The translations under genes were made by a program, and so were the position numbers. From IMG/VR virus record IMGVR_UViG_3300009104_000002, positions 126,480 through 190,479 of that record: 64,000 bases of DNA; one strand, 5' to 3'. This document shows, one piece after another, positions 39,854 through 49,427 of this stretch. Position 1 is the stretch's first letter. Each line of letters starts with the position of its first letter. The notes beneath the pieces were generated by a model. It did no database searches. It was not told where the DNA came from and was given only the letters and a program-made list of their open reading frames with translations. This DNA comes from a virus.

Positions 39854-40815
39854 TATGTTGTCCTATTTAAGTCACTATTGATATATTTTGCACCCAACGA
39901 GGTTAAATGATTCAAATCATCAAACAATAAATTCATTTTTTGTGAGGTACTTTGTATAATATAGTTTACGTTATCTATGGTAGCCAGCAACGTAGATGGA
40001 ACCAATTCGACTGATGGGGCAGCTACCAATGGAAACCCAGTTGGGCCTGGGCCAACAATGTGGGTGTGGGCTTGCAGAGCTGCTGCATATGTTTGCTGTG
40101 TTTGTGCCTGATCCATGACAATATCTGTAAGCTTGTTGATTCTTTTTATAATTTTTTCTAAAACTAAAATTACGTTATCGCCCTTAACGATGGGCTGAAT
40201 ATCTGAATCATTATTGTTTGCTATCAATTCTATCCCCGATCCACTTCTTATTTTTCCGCCTTTTGAATTCTTGCTGCCGTATTGAGAGGTAATAAGCTTT
40301 ATTCCCCTTCTTCCGATGACCGCTACGCCGTCTGCCTTGATTCCAACTCCCGAGCGAGATTCAAATTTTGAATTATCTCCTTTTACTAGATTAAAGGCCG
40401 AGTCTAAGTCTGTGGTTTGTGAACAATATATTCTTGCAGCGTCATATGCGAAGCTGTCATTTACAAAAATATTGGCATTATTTGCAACATCTGGAACTGC
40501 CGACATTCTTCCGGCGACTAAATCTATGCTTGATGCTGGTGTGCCTAATGAGGAGTGACCCGAGCCTGGGCCGGCCGGGGCGTCTTCGGAAAGATTAATC
40601 GATGCACCACTATTGGAGAAAATTTTTGAATTTTCTAAAGAATTATATGTAGGAAGACTTAAAAATTTAGCCTTTCCTGATATGCCAGCAGCCATTACAG
40701 TATTTGAATTCTCTTTTGTCGCAGATATATTTTTCTGTGTTGGACTAAAAAATGCTTCGGCTGCGGTATTAATAAATAAAGAATTTGCTATTGGTGGCAA
40801 TAAAGTCAATCCCAT
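39853..40815 (-). CDS. Baseplate hub/spike protein (gp5 C-terminal / gpV-like)
   Basis: Short beta-strand repeats (SIDLVAGR, ARIYCSQ, VGIKADGVAVIGRRGIKLIT) and a near-terminal HTH (His-x-His) motif, in a baseplate context. Confidence 0.55.
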   Translation of the reverse strand: MGLTLLPPIANSLFINTAAEAFFSPTQKNISATKENSNTVMAAGISGKAKFLSLPTYNSLENSKIFSNSGASINLSEDAPAGPGSGHSSLGTPASSIDLVAGRMSAVPDVANNANIFVNDSFAYDAARIYCSQTTDLDSAFNLVKGDNSKFESRSGVGIKADGVAVIGRRGIKLITSQYGSKNSKGGKIRSGSGIELIANNNDSDIQPIVKGDNVILVLEKIIKRINKLTDIVMDQAQTQQTYAAALQAHTHIVGPGPTGFPLVAAPSVELVPSTLLATIDNVNYIIQSTSQKMNLLFDDLNHLTSLGAKYINSDLNRTT

Positions 40816-40827
40816 TTTAATTTCCTC

Positions 40828-42261
40828 TTACTTCAATTTGTAGTTTGGCCATCTCTTTCTGACAGAAGTAATTATTTCCTTGGCCTTTTCATCAGAAATT
40901 TTTACAACTTTTGGATATTCAAAGGTTAGGGGGTCTATATATCCAGAACGATATCCACTAATTCCCTTATCTTCATCATTTGTTATGCTTATTTCAAAAT
41001 GAAGATGATATCCAGTTGTTCCACCGGATCCGGGAGTATTTTTCAGGCCGCCTGTATATGCTATAACATCTCCTGCTTTTACTATTTTTCCCCTTTTTAT
41101 GCCCTTTTCTATCATAATATTGTGCATATATGTGCTCTTAATTTTATAATTCTTTCCCGTCCGATCTCGAATTGAGCCGGCGCCGATTTCTTCGACTCGC
41201 CCAGTCGTCGGATCTGCCTGATATCTGCCAGATTCTGGTAAATATTTTTCTGGCAACCTGCCGTGATTAATAACCACATAACTTATACATGGGTGGCCAG
41301 ACTTATCTGTACACTTCGATGTTTCTTTTGGAAATACCACCTTTTCTACCCATCCGGATGCGACAGCAACGATGGGCAGCAAACCTCGGGCCCAACAGTC
41401 CAATCCCGTGTGCATTTTCACTTTCTTGGTAACTGGATGGATTCTAAACCCAAACCCACTTCCGGCGCGAATTGCATATTTATCCGTAGTTACTAGAGGA
41501 TTATATTCTGGTTTCCAAATATCCATCTGAATAACCTCATCTACCATCTCTTTTGAATAGCCGAGCTTTGCCACGACTTCATCCACTTCCGTACTTTTCC
41601 TTACTTTTCCAAATGTGCTCGAATCGGATACTATTGTATTTTTGGTAGGATTTATGGAGGAAGGGTTGGTAAATGGAGTAGAAGCTGAATCTGAATTGGA
41701 TGAAAATTTATCTAAATCGTTTAATATTCCCCTTTCTTTTTGTATATTGACGAGCTTTGCACGATCTTGTGTCTCGTCAGTATATACTTGATCTATGAAG
41801 GCTCCAATTTTTAATCCGGTGTCTTTTGGTATTATTAAATCAGACTGAAGAGAGGCACTCACCTCTCTTTTATATTTGTCTTTTTCTGTTGGATTTTCTC
41901 CAAAAGTCCAAGATGGGTCGCCCATAAATGCTTTTGATTCTGCATTTCTTGTTTTAAACTTTTGTAAGTTTTGAGTGTCCTTATTGCCGGCAGTATTCAT
42001 ATTTTTCTGAATTGCTTTTTCATAATCAGAGAGCGCCTCCTCCTTCATTACAATGGCCGTTCTCTCAATTCCTGGATTTTTATTTTGAGAGTCTCTAACA
42101 GACTTATTAACTACTTCCGGAATTATCGCAGACGTTGCGCCTCGCTCTGTCTGTAGATCCTCTGTGTATCTATTTATTGATCTTTCCCAGTTATTTTCTT
42201 GGCCAAGGGTATTAAAAATCTCCGCCTGCTTAAGCATGTCTTCGGGAGTTTTACCGGCCAT
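40828..42261 (-). CDS. M23 family peptidoglycan endopeptidase, probably baseplate-associated
   Basis: HTGLD, YMH and HLHFE zinc motifs; FGFRIHPVT; start moved to MAGKTPED. Confidence 0.85.
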   Translation of the reverse strand: MAGKTPEDMLKQAEIFNTLGQENNWERSINRYTEDLQTERGATSAIIPEVVNKSVRDSQNKNPGIERTAIVMKEEALSDYEKAIQKNMNTAGNKDTQNLQKFKTRNAESKAFMGDPSWTFGENPTEKDKYKREVSASLQSDLIIPKDTGLKIGAFIDQVYTDETQDRAKLVNIQKERGILNDLDKFSSNSDSASTPFTNPSSINPTKNTIVSDSSTFGKVRKSTEVDEVVAKLGYSKEMVDEVIQMDIWKPEYNPLVTTDKYAIRAGSGFGFRIHPVTKKVKMHTGLDCWARGLLPIVAVASGWVEKVVFPKETSKCTDKSGHPCISYVVINHGRLPEKYLPESGRYQADPTTGRVEEIGAGSIRDRTGKNYKIKSTYMHNIMIEKGIKRGKIVKAGDVIAYTGGLKNTPGSGGTTGYHLHFEISITNDEDKGISGYRSGYIDPLTFEYPKVVKISDEKAKEIITSVRKRWPNYKLK

Positions 42262-42547
42262 TCTCCATATCTCCCTGTAACAAATCAAATATTTCTTTTT
42301 TATCGTCGGAGGTGAGACCCGATTGTTTAGATTCCTTTTTTTGCAAAAGGGTTGAAATTTTAACCATTTGTTCGTTTGATCTCTGGAGAGTTTCTACATA
42401 TTTGGCCGCCGTCATTCCGACTTCTTTGTGGCGCTCCTCGTTCTTACTAAGATATACCATAACATCATTCAATAGCCTCCTGGTTATTGCCCTATCATCT
42501 CGAATGTTATCGATGGCCTCTTTTATATATTTTTCCAATTTTTCCAT
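42251..42547 (-). CDS. Small helical hypothetical protein (weak resemblance to T4 gp16 small terminase)
   Basis: HKEVGMTAAKYVETLQRSNEQMVKISTLLQK helical pattern. Confidence 0.35.
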   Translation of the reverse strand: MEKLEKYIKEAIDNIRDDRAITRRLLNDVMVYLSKNEERHKEVGMTAAKYVETLQRSNEQMVKISTLLQKKESKQSGLTSDDKKEIFDLLQGDMENGR

Positions 42548-42550
42548 GTT

Positions 42551-43282
42551 TCATTGCTCCCCCCGGTCCCATTTTCCCTTAAAAGTTCTATATTTCTTTC
42601 TCATTCTATTAAGGGAATTAACGATTTGTTTGGTATTGAGTCCGGTTATTTCCCTCATATACAAATAAATAGCCTTCTTGTTGAAAATTTCTATATCATC
42701 GGGAGATTCTAGTAATATTTTTACTGCTTCGAGGACCTTCTTCTCATTCTCTTTCAATTTTCCAGTATCCCATGTTTCAATTTCTTTCCAAAGATGTTGC
42801 CAAAATTCATCTTTTTCTCTATTTTCGTCATATTCATTAAAGATTGAAACGTGCTTCAATTCCAATTCTTTTGAGAGATTTTCAAATTCAATTTCTCTTT
42901 GGTTTTTCTTTTTATTCTTTTTTACTTTTTGAATAAACCAATTTTTTGTTATGACAGAAAAGTAAGAAAACGCTTTAGATCCCTTATCTGGATTAAATTT
43001 TTCTAAAATTGTAATTAACCAAATTTTACATTCATCCCTCAGAGAATCAATATTTGGAAGAGTAGTAAACCTATATGTGAAAACAATCTTATCCACCATT
43101 TGATCAAACGCGGGCTTCAACAATGTTACATATAGTTCTTCTCTTCTCTTGAATGTCGTTTCTGGCTTATTATATTCTATAATTGCATCTTCATGTACTT
43201 GTGTAAAATATTTTTTAGAATTTTTTGATCTTCTAATTCTTCTTCTTTTCTTCTTAGGCTTCTTCTCTTCTTCTGTCGTCAT
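42551..43282 (-). CDS. Late transcription sigma factor, T4 gp55-like
   Basis: KKYFTQVHEDAIIEYN...FNPDKGSKAFSYFSVITKNWF (sigma region 2-like). Confidence 0.75.
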   Translation of the reverse strand: MTTEEEKKPKKKRRRIRRSKNSKKYFTQVHEDAIIEYNKPETTFKRREELYVTLLKPAFDQMVDKIVFTYRFTTLPNIDSLRDECKIWLITILEKFNPDKGSKAFSYFSVITKNWFIQKVKKNKKKNQREIEFENLSKELELKHVSIFNEYDENREKDEFWQHLWKEIETWDTGKLKENEKKVLEAVKILLESPDDIEIFNKKAIYLYMREITGLNTKQIVNSLNRMRKKYRTFKGKWDRGEQ

Positions 43283-43592
43283 TGATTATTCCTTCTTCTT
43301 CTGCTATCTCCTCTTCCGAATATAAATCATATTGAGAGAAAACCTCTGTTATATCTTGAGCGTGTCTCATTAAATGCCTCAACGTCTCATCTCCATAAAA
43401 CATCTCTAATTCATATACTGATTTTAGGTGATTTGTAAAATTAATAATAATATTTATAGTTTCTGTTAATTCTTCATCATATATTCTTATTTGCTGAATT
43501 GACTTCCAACTATACCACATTAAAAACGCGTTAATAGATAGAGATGCTATGAAAATTAAAAATAAAATTACCAATATAGCTGTCCAACTCAT
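43254..43592 (-). CDS. Hypothetical membrane protein
   Basis: N-terminal TM WTAILVILFLIFIASLSINAFLMW; acidic tail. Confidence 0.65.
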   Translation of the reverse strand: MSWTAILVILFLIFIASLSINAFLMWYSWKSIQQIRIYDEELTETINIIINFTNHLKSVYELEMFYGDETLRHLMRHAQDITEVFSQYDLYSEEEIAEEEGIINDDRRREEA

Positions 43593-43849
43593 ACCTTATA
43601 TTCCTTTTTTCTTAATTTTTTCTTCTCTTCTTCAACTGATTTTTTATTTGCCTCAATATATTCCTCAACCAGTGATCCAACTTTTTTTTCAAAATTTTTA
43701 TTAATTTTAACAATGTATGTTGGAATGGATGGAATACGACGGAAAGCCTGTGAACTGCAAGAAACGCAATCCTCCAGGCTTTCCAACATGCCGTGTTTTA
43801 TCTCGAAGTATTCATCGCAATCTTCGCAATGATAGTTATACGTCGGCAT
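43589..43849 (-). CDS. FmdB-family zinc-ribbon protein
   Basis: MPTYNYHCEDC...CVSC; start moved to MPTY. Confidence 0.75.
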   Translation of the reverse strand: MPTYNYHCEDCDEYFEIKHGMLESLEDCVSCSSQAFRRIPSIPTYIVKINKNFEKKVGSLVEEYIEANKKSVEEEKKKLRKKEYKV

Positions 43850-44027
43850 CTGTCCGTTCTTCTTCTTGTTGACCAAATTCTAAAATGGGTGGATTTTCCA
43901 CTACCAACCCATCGTCGGTCTCTTTAAAAACGAATTCCTGAAAGACAGGAACAATGTCTGACTGTTCCATTATCGACTTTTGTAGCGCCATCATTACTGC
44001 GCCAATTGCTTGATTTGATAAATGCAT
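43836..44027 (-). CDS. Small hypothetical protein
   Basis: 63 aa; AAAGGAGA SD; first gene after a consensus promoter. Confidence 0.7.
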   Translation of the reverse strand: MHLSNQAIGAVMMALQKSIMEQSDIVPVFQEFVFKETDDGLVVENPPILEFGQQEEERTDADV

Positions 44028-44048
44028 AATTATCTCCTTTGTATCTAT

Positions 44049-44077
44049 ATTATAACCCTTTCTTCGCCATTTGTCAA
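44049..44077 (-). promoter_or_regulatory. Sigma70-type promoter
   Basis: Perfect TTGACA-17 nt-TATAAT. Confidence 0.88.
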
Positions 44078-44094
44078 GGAATAAAGTGAATTAT

Positions 44095-45063
44095 TTAAAT
44101 TTCCTTCATCCATCTTTCTATCATCTCTTCAAGCATAGATTCGAATGTATATTCTGGCTTCCATCCCAAAATACTCCTTGTCTTCTCCGAATCTCCCTTT
44201 AGGTATTTAAGCTCTTCTGGGCGCATATATTTCGGATTTTGTACAACGTAATCAAGATAATCCATGCCTAATTTAGAAAATACGACTTTACAGAGGTCCC
44301 TCACTGAATGTGTTTCGCCCGTGGCCACAATAAAATCTCCCGGACTATCATGGTTCACGATTTGTATCATTGCTCTAGTATAATCTTTAGAATGACCCCA
44401 ATCGCGATAAGAATCTAGATTTCCAAGTTCGAGTTTATCCCGAATTCCTTTTTTAATTTCTACGGCGGTCTTAACAACTTTGTTCGTGACAAAGTTGGTT
44501 CCGCGCCTGGGAGACTCATGATTAAAGAGAATTCCATTACAGGCGTGAAGACCATAGGCGTGCCGATAGTGCCTAACTAAATTATACCCAAGTACTTTTG
44601 AGCACCCATATGGACTTACCGGATTCATTGGGGTAGTTAACCTCTGAAATCCATCTTCGTCTACGGAATTGCCAAACATTTCAGAGGAACTAGCCTGATA
44701 AAATTTTGCGTTCGGCGTTACTGTTCTATATACCTCCAGCATATTAAGAACTCCGAGTGCATTTGTCTGAATAGTAAAAGACGGGACATCGAAACTGACC
44801 CTCACATGACTCATGGCGCCCAAATTATATATTTCATCTGGCCTTACTTCTGAAATTATTCTATATAAAGATGGATAATCTAACAAATCTCCATAGAATG
44901 TTTTTATACGATCTCCCAAACTTTTCAATCTAGAATCTTGGTTCTCAGCTATTGAGTGTCTCCTGATAATTCCATATACTTCATAACCTTTACTCAAAAG
45001 ATGTTCGGCCAAATAGCTTCCATCCTGGCCCCCAATTCCAGTTATTAGGGCTTTTTTATTCAT
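44095..45063 (-). CDS. gmd: GDP-mannose 4,6-dehydratase
   Basis: ALITGIGGQDGSYLAE, YNLGAMSHV, QASSSEMFG, YGCSK, LFNHESPRRG, RDWGH. Confidence 0.95.
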   Translation of the reverse strand: MNKKALITGIGGQDGSYLAEHLLSKGYEVYGIIRRHSIAENQDSRLKSLGDRIKTFYGDLLDYPSLYRIISEVRPDEIYNLGAMSHVRVSFDVPSFTIQTNALGVLNMLEVYRTVTPNAKFYQASSSEMFGNSVDEDGFQRLTTPMNPVSPYGCSKVLGYNLVRHYRHAYGLHACNGILFNHESPRRGTNFVTNKVVKTAVEIKKGIRDKLELGNLDSYRDWGHSKDYTRAMIQIVNHDSPGDFIVATGETHSVRDLCKVVFSKLGMDYLDYVVQNPKYMRPEELKYLKGDSEKTRSILGWKPEYTFESMLEEMIERWMKEI

Positions 45064-45072
45064 TTTAATCTC

Positions 45073-45621
45073 CTATTTTTCTGCTTCAATGTTTAACATC
45101 ATGAGTCTACCTTTTTGTTTTTCTAGGTGTGGCAAATATGCGGAACTATAGTCGTCAACATCAGAGTGACTCGTCTCCCTCCAATCATATTTCTCCACTT
45201 TCCTAAAACCAACATCTTGCAGCTCATTTTTTAAAAATTTAAAATCAAATATCATACCATGCCAATCATAATCATTCTTTTGGCCGCCAACGACAAATCC
45301 AAATAATTTTTGTATTTCCCCATTTTCCAAATATTCTCTACAAACAGATTCAAAATCTGCTGTTGACAATCTCAAAATGCCACCAGGCTTTAGCAAATCG
45401 TACCAATAAGAGATAACATTTTTCCACTCTTTTCTTCCAAAGTGCTCTATATTTGCGCAAGAATATATTAGATCTACACTTCCATTTTCATATGGTAAAT
45501 TTTTAGAAATATCGGATACTACATCAACGGCATCAGTATTCCTTATGTCAATATTAATAAATCCTGGAATTTGCCTGTCTCCGCATCCCAAGTGCAGCCT
45601 TATCTTCTCTTTAATAATCAT
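45073..45621 (-). CDS. Class I SAM-dependent methyltransferase (type 11-like)
   Basis: LHLGCG, IEHF, LLKPGGILRL. Confidence 0.8.
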   Translation of the reverse strand: MIIKEKIRLHLGCGDRQIPGFINIDIRNTDAVDVVSDISKNLPYENGSVDLIYSCANIEHFGRKEWKNVISYWYDLLKPGGILRLSTADFESVCREYLENGEIQKLFGFVVGGQKNDYDWHGMIFDFKFLKNELQDVGFRKVEKYDWRETSHSDVDDYSSAYLPHLEKQKGRLMMLNIEAEK

Positions 45622-46246
45622 ATTTAAAAGTCTCTATATCTATTTTATATTTTTCAGCAACAACATCAATCAAATATTTATCATAATATTCTTTATAGTG
45701 CTTATGGCTCGTTTTCCTCAGATGCGGCACGGGAGCATCTGTATTGGCGCCGATTTTCTCTCTTATTAACCTGACCTCATCATTGATATTCTCAAATTTG
45801 CAAACCCTATCAATATACTTTATATTATTGTTTTTATCTGTCAATAAATTGAACTGTGTTTGTTTTATTTGCTTGATGTGAAGTGGGCGCACAATTAATT
45901 TATTCAAATCCATATTTTCAGCGTCTGTCAAAACAAACTCGCTAAAAGACATCTTTCCACCAGTGCCCCATTTCCAAGCAGAAACCATTCTATCCCAAGG
46001 GTTCCTCACAAAACCAAAAGTCCACGAATTATTTGAAAATCTATTATCAGAAGAAAAATCAGTCTGCGATCTGTTATGATATATGTTGCTCCCTGACCAA
46101 CTATTTGTTTTCTGACCCATCTTATAAACACCGTCATCAAGCAAGACATAGGTTTTTATTAGGCCTCTATTGCGACTAGAATCCAATATGGATTGAACGG
46201 TAGTCCCGGCGCTTTTCATTGTTCTTATAAAATTTATTTTTTGCAT
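45611..46246 (-). CDS. Carbohydrate sulfotransferase (Sulfotransfer_2-like)
   Basis: 5'-PSB-like MKSAGTT, 3'-PB-like FVRNPWDRMVS, C-terminal HYKEYY...DIETFKY. Confidence 0.75.
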   Translation of the reverse strand: MQKINFIRTMKSAGTTVQSILDSSRNRGLIKTYVLLDDGVYKMGQKTNSWSGSNIYHNRSQTDFSSDNRFSNNSWTFGFVRNPWDRMVSAWKWGTGGKMSFSEFVLTDAENMDLNKLIVRPLHIKQIKQTQFNLLTDKNNNIKYIDRVCKFENINDEVRLIREKIGANTDAPVPHLRKTSHKHYKEYYDKYLIDVVAEKYKIDIETFKYDY

Positions 46247-46249
46247 TAT

Positions 46250-46666
46250 CTATTCTGCGTCTATATAGGTCTTATCTGCATCTTGTCCGAAATATGGCCC
46301 CGTTTTAAATTCATATAAAATAGTGTTATCTTCAAGGACCTCAAAGCTGTGTCCTCCCCTGAATACAACGGCAGCATCTCCTGATGATAATTCTGTTTTA
46401 TAAATAATTTTATCATCAAGATCCCAAAATGTTGCCAACACTTTTCCAGATAAAAACACCCATGCTTCCTGAGTTATGTCTGTTGTTCTGATGAGCTTGT
46501 TGTGTTTGTGTGGCGGGAATGATTTCCCCTTTTGTAGCATCTTATTGGATACCTGCAAATATTCATTATCTGGGCACAAATCCATTCTTTGGTTACAAAT
46601 ATCTGATTTTCTAGAAATCACGAACAACAACACTTCTTTATCTTTTTTTGAATAAATTTTTTCCAT
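46250..46666 (-). CDS. WbuC-like cupin-fold protein
   Basis: PPHKH...QE...GGHSF...EFKTGPY; start moved to MEKIYSKK. Confidence 0.7.
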   Translation of the reverse strand: MEKIYSKKDKEVLLFVISRKSDICNQRMDLCPDNEYLQVSNKMLQKGKSFPPHKHNKLIRTTDITQEAWVFLSGKVLATFWDLDDKIIYKTELSSGDAAVVFRGGHSFEVLEDNTILYEFKTGPYFGQDADKTYIDAE

Positions 46667-46670
46667 TTTC

Positions 46671-47420
46671 TTAGCCTCTACAAACATACACAACTTTGTA
46701 ATCATCACAATTTGCTTCTTTGTGGTCGAAGAATTTATTTACTTTCACCGTTCTAAAACCAGAATTCTTTAAAAGGTCGCCAATTATTTTTGGTGTCCAA
46801 ATTGTGTGATTTATGGTATATTTAAAAAAATCAACTTCACCACAAGAATGCTTTATTTCCACCTCATTATTCATAGCAATAACAGAATTCATAAAATCAA
46901 TCTCTGGATTACAAGTTGTGATAATTGACATTTTTTCGTTTTCGAATCTTTTTCTCTTTTCGCTTTTTGGGGGATCTCTCATTGTAGCCGCACCATTCCA
47001 ACAATCAAAAATAAAAATTCCCCCCTCGTCTAATCTTTTGAAAATTTCATTAAAAAAATTAGATAGCTCGGAAATACTAGAAATATGATTTATAACATTA
47101 AACATGCTTATTACCAAATCAAAATTATCTTTCTCTATATCGCAAAGAGATTTTGAAATAAATTTTATTTTTGAGGAATCCTTAATTTTATTGTTTGCGA
47201 CACTAATCATACTCTCCGACTCATCAATCCCCAATATTGAACCAATTGTTTTGTCTTCTGATAGCAAAATTGAATGATTTCCAGTTCCGCAACCGATGTC
47301 CAATATCGAGTTTATAACTTTATTATAGCACGATTCTTTAATAAAATCAACTTCTTTTTTATATTTTTTTTCCATAAAAATTAAGTCATAATATTTTGAT
47401 AATTTTTCATCATACTGCAT
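46671..47420 (-). CDS. Class I SAM-dependent methyltransferase, possibly an amino-sugar N-methyltransferase
   Basis: YYDLIF...ILDIGCGTGNH...GGIFIFDCW; overlaps the aminotransferase stop. Confidence 0.75.
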   Translation of the reverse strand: MQYDEKLSKYYDLIFMEKKYKKEVDFIKESCYNKVINSILDIGCGTGNHSILLSEDKTIGSILGIDESESMISVANNKIKDSSKIKFISKSLCDIEKDNFDLVISMFNVINHISSISELSNFFNEIFKRLDEGGIFIFDCWNGAATMRDPPKSEKRKRFENEKMSIITTCNPEIDFMNSVIAMNNEVEIKHSCGEVDFFKYTINHTIWTPKIIGDLLKNSGFRTVKVNKFFDHKEANCDDYKVVYVCRG

Positions 47421-48516
47421 TATAAAATTCTCTTATTTTTGAACAAACATATCTAACCTTTTCTTCCTCTAGTGATGGGTAGGATGGCAAACATAAGCCA
47501 CACTCATAAGCATGAATCGAATTCTTGAAATATTCATCGCCCCTGGATGTAAATATATTTTCAAAGCAAGGCTGTTTGTGGAGAGGGTAAAACAGGGTTC
47601 TAGTTTCTATATTATTTTCTTTCATATAATTCATCATTTCTCTTGATGATTTATTTGTAATTAAAATTACCCGAAATGGAATAAACTGTGATACACCATT
47701 TTCAGGCTCTACTATTTTCACCTCATCTAGATCTGAAAGAAGACCTTTATATAAACTAAAGATTCTATTTTTATTTTCAATTATGGTATCAAATTTTTTA
47801 AGTTGAGCTAAGCCAATTGCCATCTGGATATCTGTCATTCTAAAATTATAACCAATCTCCGGATGTTGGAAGGTACCCCGATGTAATCTTCCCTGATTTC
47901 TCAAAAATCTTAAGCAGTCATAAGTTTCCTTATTGTTTGTCACAACAAAACCACCCTCACCAGTTGTAAGTGTCTTGTCGGCAAAAAATGAAAATGTCGC
48001 AACGTCCCCGAAACTTCCACAACCTTTCCCCCTCCAACTTACACCGAGAGCTTGGGCTGCATCCTCTACTACTAATAGATTTTTATCGGTGGCAAATTTC
48101 ATAACTTTTGTCATATTAGCAGAAGATCCATACATATGTACAGGCATTATAGCTTTTGTATTTTTTGTTAAAACAGAGGCGCAAGAATCTACATCAATTT
48201 GCAATGTTTCCGGATCTATATCTACAAAAATTGGTGTGGCACCTACCATTTCAACAGAATTTGCCGACGCAATAAATGTAAAATTTGGAACTATAACTTC
48301 ATCTCCAGGACCTATTCCAAGAGATTTGAGGGCTAAATATATTGCCAAAGTTCCGTTTGGTGCGAAAACTCCATATTTTACCCCGATTAGCTTACATAGT
48401 TTTTTTGAGAATTCTGCTGCTTTTGGACCCTCTGTTATCCATTTTTCTTCGAAACAGCTCCTTATGGCTTCGTATTCTTCTTCTCCAATAAATGGCTCAA
48501 ATTGTGATACTTTCAT
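47410..48516 (-). CDS. DegT/DnrJ/EryC1/StrS aminotransferase, perosamine-synthase-like
   Basis: NGTLA, VPNFTFIASAN, IMPVHMYG, VEDAAQ, FSFFADKTLTTGEGG, GYNFRM; start moved to MKVSQFEP (ATGA overlap). Confidence 0.9.
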   Translation of the reverse strand: MKVSQFEPFIGEEEYEAIRSCFEEKWITEGPKAAEFSKKLCKLIGVKYGVFAPNGTLAIYLALKSLGIGPGDEVIVPNFTFIASANSVEMVGATPIFVDIDPETLQIDVDSCASVLTKNTKAIMPVHMYGSSANMTKVMKFATDKNLLVVEDAAQALGVSWRGKGCGSFGDVATFSFFADKTLTTGEGGFVVTNNKETYDCLRFLRNQGRLHRGTFQHPEIGYNFRMTDIQMAIGLAQLKKFDTIIENKNRIFSLYKGLLSDLDEVKIVEPENGVSQFIPFRVILITNKSSREMMNYMKENNIETRTLFYPLHKQPCFENIFTSRGDEYFKNSIHAYECGLCLPSYPSLEEEKVRYVCSKIREFYNAV

Positions 48517-48689
48517 GAATTGTCTCCAGAATTCTTTCCGCCTTTCAGAAGAATGACGCACGGTGTAGTTTTAATTTTTTCTCTAAATTCTTGATAAATT
48601 TCACCAAAAGATTCGCTACTATTAATCAAAAAAAATGGCTGTGGTTCACCCATATGGTCAAACGAAACAATTTCCCAAAGTTCATACAT
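48513..48689 (-). CDS. 58-aa hypothetical protein missed by the ORF track
   Basis: Manual translation MYELWEIVSFDHMGEPQPFFLINSSESFGEIYQEFREKIKTTPCVILLKGGKNSGDNS; TGATG overlap upstream, ATGA overlap downstream, GGAGAGG SD. Confidence 0.65.
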   Translation of the reverse strand: MYELWEIVSFDHMGEPQPFFLINSSESFGEIYQEFREKIKTTPCVILLKGGKNSGDNS

Positions 48690-49426
48690 CACCTCTCCCC
48701 TCCTATAAGCATAATTGCCTCTCCTTTAGAAATCTCACTACGATACCATGTATATAAATAATCTTCAAAATTTAACCAACCAGTCTCATAATGGCCCAAC
48801 TCTTTTAAAAAATTTGCCTTAAGGAACAAAACATAGTCATCCCAATTTTTAATATTATGATTGACAATTTCTTTATCGACTTTTTTAAAGACATCAGACC
48901 TAAGAATACAATTATAGTGAGAAAATATATATTTTTCTTGATTTTTCATAATAGTATTTATCCACACAATATCCTGATCGTGATGAGATTTCCTATAAAA
49001 ATTTTCATAAATACTCAAATTTTGCTTTTTCGTTTTTCTAGCGGAATGACCTCCTCCAAACTTTATCTGTATTAAATTCTCATTCTTCCCAAAAGCACCA
49101 AGAGAAGGTGTAATAAAGTCTTTGTGATTTAGAAGCTCAACATCATCGACTATGAAAAAAAAATATTCATTTTCTACTGATTGGATCAACTTTTGTACTG
49201 CATCAACATATCCACTAGATTCTACCATTTCTGCGCTTATATTACAATTTTTAATAAATTTGTTAATAAGAATTTTATATTCATCACTTGATTCATTTGC
49301 TATCTTTACTACAACATTATGTTTTTTTAGTATTGGCAAATATGATAAGAAGCATTGCTTGAACAGCTCGTATTTAAATGATTGAAAAATTTTAATAGGA
49401 ATTAAAGCTGTAACTTTAGAATTCAT
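48689..49426 (-). CDS. Putative GT-A-fold glycosyltransferase
   Basis: VTALIP start and YFFFIVDDVE DxD-like motif; located in the glycan cluster. Confidence 0.45.
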   Translation of the reverse strand: MNSKVTALIPIKIFQSFKYELFKQCFLSYLPILKKHNVVVKIANESSDEYKILINKFIKNCNISAEMVESSGYVDAVQKLIQSVENEYFFFIVDDVELLNHKDFITPSLGAFGKNENLIQIKFGGGHSARKTKKQNLSIYENFYRKSHHDQDIVWINTIMKNQEKYIFSHYNCILRSDVFKKVDKEIVNHNIKNWDDYVLFLKANFLKELGHYETGWLNFEDYLYTWYRSEISKGEAIMLIGGER

Positions 49427-49427
49427 A

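Noticed and set aside
47933-48556. 207-aa plus-strand ORF, and the other plus-strand ORFs in the track (e.g. 27831-28349, 49691-50173, 16312-16755)
   Set aside because: They are antisense shadows of well-supported minus-strand genes, with no recognisable motifs; no plus-strand promoter/SD support was noticed.
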